From: Octopus bimaculoides
Lineage: Eukaryota
Length of the DNA: 39,170 nucleotides
NCBI RefSeq assembly: GCF_001194135.2
Contig: NC_068982.1
Span: forward strand, 102,936,662-102,975,831
Reading direction: 5' to 3'
Shown in pieces: positions 35,001 to 39,170 of the stretch (positions are counted from its first letter, which is position 1; each line of letters starts with the position of its first letter). The notes under the pieces were generated by a model. The model made no database searches and was not told the origin of the DNA. It was given only the letters and a program-made list of their open reading frames with translations. The position numbers and the translations under genes were made by a program.

Positions 35001-36986
35001 TAATGCCTACCAAACATGCTACTCTTTAGCTTTGTGTACAAGAGGCTTAGCAGCCTCTTAAAGCACTCATCCTTGAACATCTAGATTTTTCATCTCATAC
35101 CAGCTGTAAATGTCCACATTTGCTCCTTCATACAAATAGAAAAAAAAAAGTTAAACTTAGATACCATACAACGTTTGAAAAGCAAATTTTTCAAGCAACC
35201 GTTTTAATTGTAACAAAAGAATATTTGTTACTCACAAGCAATTTCTCCTAATTGTGTGAAGATACAAATTGTAGCTTTTTCCTTTAACATTTTAGAACGT
35301 ACATATTCAATTTTCTCTGGCCAAGAACAACCTAAAATAATTCAAGAAAAATGAAAACAATTAAATGAGACATTGATGTCATAATTAGATTTTCTTTTAG
35401 ATATTTAAATGACTAATCTTCAAGGCAACAGCTGCAGCCTGGAAGAGGCCTCATGGCAGACCCTGCACCAGATGGTTGGATGTGATTGAGAAAGATCTCC
35501 AAAGACTCGGAGTCACCTTAGAGGATGCAGAGGGGCTGGCACGAGACCACCAGTGATGGAAAGCACTGGTGGATTTGGTCTGGGACTACTAACTTGGAAT
35601 AACCCCAACAAGCAAGAGCATAACGCCAAGCCAAAGCCAACCTTATAGACAATGTAATATAAATTAATAAATCTTAAAACCACACATTTACTCAAACTAA
35701 ATGTTAATTCTGAAGAGCTGCTGATTGCTCTCGTGCTGGTGGCATGTAAAAAGCACCATTCGAGCGTGATTGTTGCCAGCTTTGCCTTACAGGCACATGT
35801 GCCGGTGGAACGTGAAAAACAATATTCGAGTGTGGTCATTGCCATTGCCGCCAGACTGGCTCCCGTGCAGGTAGCACATAAAAAACACCTTTTGAGCATG
35901 GTCGTTGCCAGAACTGCCTGACTGGCCCTCGTAAAAGCACCCACTACACTCTCGGAGTGGTTGGTGTTAGGAAGGGTATCCAGCTGTAGAAACTTTGCCA
36001 GATCAGATTGGAGCCTGGTGCATCCTTCTGGCTTGCCAGTCCTCAGTCAAACCCATGTCAGGAAGGAAAGCTGACATTAAACGACGATGATGATGATGAT
36101 GATGATATATATAAAATAAGTATAAAAGAATGTTACCAGTCAAATCCTCTGGCAGTACAAGAAGGGGATTGTTTGGTATTGCTGGACGGTCCTCCCATAT
36201 TTCATCAATCAAATTTTTGTTAACAGGTAACAAATTTAAATTGTAGCCATGCAGTTCAGTATGTAAACGGTCCCATTCAACTGTCATGAAAAATAAATTG
36301 ATATACAAAAGATAAAATTCCTCTTTTATTAAATTTTGTTCAAATGAAAAGAGAAGTTAAACAAAATGGACTTCTAGATCTTATTGAGATTATCACCATG
36401 TAGTCTTTTTAGGTATCTGCACAACCAAACAAAACTTATGATAGTCACTATTATACTTGTCGGAGTTTGTAAATACAAACAACGAGGCCATATGTGTCGT
36501 GTCAATTTCTATAACAACATATAATCTTAATAACAATAAAGATAACAAATACAAAAAAAAATGCTAATTTTCAAAATCCTTTATAATTGTCCATTGTCAA
36601 TTAATAATCCCTTTACCTTTATCTTAAACAGAAGTGGATTATTAGACTAGTTCAATAGTAATTCTTGTAGGTTTTCTCCACACTTGTGACCTTGAAATGA
36701 TTTATTATTAGGTTCAAAAAAGGCCTCAGTTATTTTTACAAGTAAAAGAAATTGTATGGCAAACTAGTTTCAACTTGTATTTCAAATCAAGTCAGAGAGT
36801 TGGTTAAAAGATTACACTATAATGCTTACAACTCTCTTAATATTAATAGTAGTAACTATTTACTCTTGGAGAGTGTTAATAGTAGTAAGTATTAATACCA
36901 AAAAAAAAAAAAGAAGAAACAATGAATAACTTACCAGCTGATATAAGGCAAGGATCAGTACCAACATTTCCACCAGTTGGTATTTC
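16924..36986 (-). CDS. XPNPEP1: Cytosolic Xaa-Pro aminopeptidase (aminopeptidase P1, peptidase M24B); spliced gene, 5'-incomplete, 18 coding exons in window
   Basis: Exons joined by hand keep frame across all 17 introns (16 GT-AG, 1 GC-AG) and total 1527 nt. The product is collinear with human XPNPEP1 as I recall it: [64 protein letters not shown]. It ends ETSVDQQS* with no GPI-type hydrophobic tail, so it is XPNPEP1-like rather than XPNPEP2-like. Confidence 0.95.
17699..18078 (-). mobile_element. tRNA-derived SINE, family C (in last XPNPEP1 intron)
   Basis: Reverse complement of the 14760-15114 family, with (CAA)n tail. Confidence 0.9.
19065..19163 (-). CDS. XPNPEP1: XPNPEP1-like exon ([33 protein letters not shown])
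   Basis: ttacag / gttaga; 99 nt. Confidence 0.95.
19633..19709 (-). CDS. XPNPEP1: XPNPEP1-like exon ([25 protein letters not shown])
   Basis: tttgtag / gtaatt; 77 nt; EPGYY and RIEN Glu ligands. Confidence 0.97.
20014..20085 (-). CDS. XPNPEP1: XPNPEP1-like exon ([23 protein letters not shown])
   Basis: cttcag / gtaagc; 72 nt. Confidence 0.93.
20782..20886 (-). CDS. XPNPEP1: XPNPEP1-like exon ([34 protein letters not shown])
   Basis: ttttag / gtcagt; 105 nt; HGTGHGVG...VHE M24B signature. Confidence 0.97.
21840..21909 (-). CDS. XPNPEP1: XPNPEP1-like exon ([23 protein letters not shown])
   Basis: ttctag / gttagt; 70 nt; T.VLKGHI motif. Confidence 0.95.
23137..23197 (-). CDS. XPNPEP1: XPNPEP1-like exon ([20 protein letters not shown]); second metal-ligand Asp
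   Basis: tttgtag / gtattt; 61 nt; GTTDVTRT motif. Confidence 0.95.
23638..23709 (-). CDS. XPNPEP1: XPNPEP1-like exon ([23 protein letters not shown]); first metal-ligand Asp
   Basis: ttttag / gttcgt; 72 nt; DSG.QY motif. Confidence 0.95.
24554..24631 (-). CDS. XPNPEP1: XPNPEP1-like exon ([25 protein letters not shown])
   Basis: ttggtag / gtaata; 78 nt; SF.TIS..G.N.AIIHY motif. Confidence 0.95.
25330..25388 (-). CDS. XPNPEP1: XPNPEP1-like exon ([19 protein letters not shown])
   Basis: ttgtag / gtaata; 59 nt. Confidence 0.9.
25610..26140 (+). mobile_element. Family-B SINE split by a nested minus-strand family-D SINE (~25805-26004)
   Basis: Family-B sequence stops at ...CCTTTCCCTCCATTAACATT and resumes GGTGGCATGGAGAGG; the insert matches 28153-28381. 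Confidence 0.8.
26386..26586 (-). mobile_element. tRNA-derived SINE, family D
   Basis: Shares GGCACAAGG.C.GAAATTTTGG...GGTACTTA.TTTATC...GGATGAAAGGC with 25805 and 28153. Confidence 0.75.
27326..27376 (-). CDS. XPNPEP1: XPNPEP1-like exon ([17 protein letters not shown]) with GC donor
   Basis: atttag acceptor; donor is GAG|gcaagt; 51 nt, phase 0-0. Confidence 0.9.
27652..27920 (-). mobile_element. RTE-like LINE 3' tail
   Basis: CCATGCTGGCATGGG...GATGCCCTTCCTAATGCCAACC block shared with 28940, 30908, 34000 and 35718. Confidence 0.75.
28153..28381 (-). mobile_element. tRNA-derived SINE, family D, with 11-bp TSD
   Basis: TSD GATTCTGAAGT at 28142-28152 and 28382-28392. Confidence 0.85.
28541..28627 (-). 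CDS. XPNPEP1: XPNPEP1-like exon ([29 protein letters not shown])
   Basis: tttcag / gtaagt; 87 nt; KA.KN..E..GMR.AH motif. Confidence 0.95.
28940..29400 (-). mobile_element. RTE-like LINE 3' end
   Basis: Same tail plus remnant ORF end ([13 protein letters not shown]). Confidence 0.7.
30025..30069 (-). CDS. XPNPEP1: XPNPEP1-like small exon ([15 protein letters not shown])
   Basis: caccag / gtaagt; 45 nt, phase 0-0. The 15 aa exactly fill the gap corresponding to human VSDKASYAVSETIPK, although identity is low. Confidence 0.75.
30358..30515 (+). mobile_element. Mariner transposase remnant
   Basis: [48 protein letters not shown]. Confidence 0.7.
30908..32176 (-). mobile_element. 5'-truncated RTE-like LINE (RT YADD through 3' (GAT)n tail)
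   Basis: [16 protein letters not shown] (YADD at 32138-32149); Cys-rich segment; [13 protein letters not shown]; [17 protein letters not shown]; tail ...GGACATTAAATGATGATG. Confidence 0.9.
32278..32428 (-). CDS. XPNPEP1: XPNPEP1-like exon (LFIDEKKI...IHPYEDV...GKVW)
   Basis: polyT-ag / gtaagt; 151 nt; LFID, HPY and KVW match the family. Confidence 0.92.
33051..33132 (-). CDS. XPNPEP1: XPNPEP1-like exon ([26 protein letters not shown])
   Basis: ttcttag / gtaagt; 82 nt; conserved RGSD..NP.FFSYA motif. Confidence 0.95.
33163..33658. repeat. Unclassified composite fold-back element flanked by 13-bp direct repeats
   Basis: TTTAATACTTATA at both ends; 77-bp direct repeat; ~100-bp-arm inverted repeat; 20-bp inverted repeat around the tRNA-like core. 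Confidence 0.8.
33272..33345 (-). pseudogene. tRNA-like sequence (Thr-CGT-like), anticodon arm unpaired; core of a composite repeat
   Basis: Acceptor GGCAGTT/GGCTGGC, D stem GTTT/AAAC with AATGGTA loop, T stem GTGAG/CTCAT with TTTGAGT loop; CGCGTAA loop lacks a proper stem. Confidence 0.55.
34000..34147 (+). mobile_element. RTE-like LINE 3' tail fragment
   Basis: Reverse complement of the 30960-31100 tail block. Confidence 0.7.
34509..34904 (+). mobile_element. tRNA-derived SINE, family A (young, full length)
   Basis: Complete head, body and tail with CpGs largely retained. Confidence 0.92.
35236..35331 (-). CDS. XPNPEP1: XPNPEP1-like exon ([14 protein letters not shown]...TQLGEIA)
   Basis: ttttag acceptor, gtgagt donor; 96 nt, phase 1-1. 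Confidence 0.9.
35420..36105 (+). mobile_element. Two adjacent RTE-like LINE 3' ends
   Basis: 35420-35640: [37 protein letters not shown]; 35718-36105: shared tail ending (GAT)n. Confidence 0.7.
36137..36280 (-). CDS. XPNPEP1: XPNPEP1-like exon ([11 protein letters not shown]...[11 protein letters not shown]...DLT)
   Basis: AG/GT bounded, 144 nt, phase 1-1; NL.D.IW.DRP motif. Confidence 0.92.
36935..36986 (-). CDS. XPNPEP1: XPNPEP1-like exon, first in window ([17 protein letters not shown])
   Basis: tttgtag acceptor, G|gtaagt donor; 52 nt; matches the VG.DP motif. Confidence 0.85.
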
Positions 36987-38436
36987 CTACAAACAAATCG
37001 AAGGAATGTTTATGACATTTCAAATATTGACCAATTGAATGTATTCAAACATTGAATAGTAGCCCCAGCATAGCCACAGACTAATGACTGAAACAAGTAA
37101 AAGATATCTAACAAAAATTTATGGTCACCTCAAAATTAGTTCAAACTTTCATAAAAGCCAAATATTTTCAGGTAAACAGAATCTTGTCCAAATTTTCAGT
37201 AACTAATTTTCCTCGCTCCTAAGTGATAGAGCTTCCAATTTTAATATCGACATTAGTATACAGTTAAAGAAGCTTTCACAAATCTTATTGATATGTAGTC
37301 AAGAGTCCCTAGGTAGAGAGGGACATTCCCCTTCCCCCAAAGTATTCTTATAAATTGTTTGCTATTGCTTATAAAAATAGCTAATCAAAAGTAGGAAAGG
37401 AATCGAAAATATACCTTAGTAATCAAAAACTTCATTCAACAAGCCAGATTAATTTCTTGATACAGGACAGATATTGAGAAAAAGAATTGCATTAGTAATA
37501 AAGACGATAAAAGTAACTGCACCTCTAGTTAAGTAAACAAATCACCGAATGACAGTAAAGGCTGTAAAGAAGCCATAAAAAGGAGAGCGAGAAATATTGA
37601 AGGAAATTCTCAGGAACAAGAAATGAGATTATTTTTAAAATATCATTCAAGGGAAGTAACTATAACCATAATATTAGTTTTAATGGAACTTGTGACGTAC
37701 TAGAAAATTCTCTCCCCTAGATGTATACCCCACCTACTAACAAACTTAAATCAATTACAAGCACCAAATGGTGAAATTGGTGCCAATATAAAAATAGTGA
37801 GCCAAGCAACACAAACACACAATGTGTATGTATGGGCGTGTTATCCCCTGCACGTGTTAGAGAAACTAAAAAGGTTGGTGTCAGGAAGGGCATTCAGCTA
37901 TAAAACACTGCATCAAAAATTCTCGTCTGGAAAAGTGGATAAATGTGTGTGTGTGTGTGTGTACGTATAGAATGTATGAATAAGCTATAGTTCTTGACCT
38001 ATTTAAGAGAGCAGTAATGTGAAATAGGTAACTGACTGTGATGACCCATTTAACACATGCCAGCATGGGAAATGATACTGATGATTGGTGTGGTTGTGTC
38101 TCTATAAAAGGCTATTTGAATCAAGTACCTTCTTCTACATTGATAACAATATTGCTGGTACATATTTTATTAATCTTGGAGAGATGAGAAAATGAAAAAT
38201 GAGATTTAAAAATCAAAGCAGTGTTACAACTAATTCTAAGAATTACCAAATTTGTTAATAAAATCAAAACCAAGAATTGCCTCTTTGTAAAAAGAGGCTA
38301 TCACATTATAAATTCAAAACTCTTTTTCTTTTTACAGTAAATATGAAGTGCAAAGTAATATTAAAAATTATTTTCAAACTTTATGAAAAGCAGATATTAA
38401 AATGGAAATTTCCAAAGATGTAAATCTTTCACTACA

Positions 38437-38832
38437 TACTCTTTACTCTTTTACTTGTTTCAGTCATTTGACTGCGGCCATGCTGGAGCACCGCCTTTAG
38501 TCGAGAAAATCGACCTCAAGACTTATTCTTTGGAAGCCTCGTACTTATTCTATCGATCTCTTTTTGCCAAACCGCTAAGTTACGGGGACGTAAACATACC
38601 AGCATCGGTTGTCAAGCGATGGGGGGGGACAAACACAGACACACAAACACACATACATACATATATATACATATATACGACGGGCTTCTTTCAGTTTCCA
38701 TCTACCAAATCCACTCACAAGGCTTTGGTCGGCCTGAGGCTATAGTAGAAGACACTTGCCCAAGGTGCCATGCAGTGGGACTGAACTCGGAACCATATGG
38801 TTGGTAAGCAAGCTACTTACCACACAGCCACT
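38437..38832 (-). mobile_element. tRNA-derived SINE, family A
   Basis: Reverse complement of 34509-34904, roughly 90% identical by eye. Confidence 0.92.
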
Positions 38833-39170
38833 AGTACAAATATGAAGAGTTCAAATGAGAAAACATGCAACAACCTAGTGAGACGACTCTACAACTCATC
38901 AACAACTTAGTTTAATGACCAGTTTTCCCTACCACCACTCATTCACATCTTTATACCAACAGATATAAATCATAATTTTGAATCTTTATACATTACTGTG
39001 CTTCTTGATCAACTTGATTAAAATGCAAAATCTTATAACCATGTCTTTTCTGATTTAGGTAAGCTAGTATGTGACTGCTAATGTTCAAATCATCTAGCTT
39101 ACACAATTATCTACAAGCTGGACAAACTTATAACTAGTTAACCAGCAACAGGCATAGTTCACTTTCATAA

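Noticed and set aside
36990-39170. Upstream XPNPEP1 exons (start codon, DAH.SEY, WTDGRY, DWL motifs)
   Set aside because: None was found with compatible splice sites, so the 5' exons must lie outside the window.
1-39170. CRISPR arrays, rRNA, operons, prokaryotic defence or viral systems
   Set aside because: There are no repeat-spacer arrays or rRNA-like sequence; the DNA is intron-rich eukaryotic sequence, and I recognised no viral or prokaryotic protein motif.

Overview
Eukaryotic, AT-rich, repeat-dense genomic DNA. The SINE/LINE repertoire and microsatellites resemble an octopod cephalopod (inference). The dominant feature is a minus-strand gene for cytosolic Xaa-Pro aminopeptidase (XPNPEP1/aminopeptidase P1-like). 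I reconstructed 18 frame-consistent coding exons by hand (36986 to 16924, 1527 nt, 508 aa plus stop). All five metal ligands are present, one intron is GC-AG, and roughly the first 100 residues lie beyond the window. The left end holds two 3' coding exons of an unidentified plus-strand gene (791-881, 4564-4667). It is followed by an inverted ~190 bp duplication of a CCAAT-containing segment and a CpG-rich putative plus-strand transcription start with splice donors but no long ORF. The rest is transposon debris: Dong/R4-like and RTE-like LINEs, a Penelope-like 3' end with a degenerate hammerhead, mariner remnants, hAT MITEs and several tRNA-derived SINE families. Almost all ORFs in the supplied track are microsatellite or repeat artefacts. 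I found no clearly new multi-gene system. The best leads are an unclassified fold-back element carrying a tRNA-like core (33163-33658), the inverted promoter-like duplication, and inverted SINE pairs bracketing XPNPEP1 exons.
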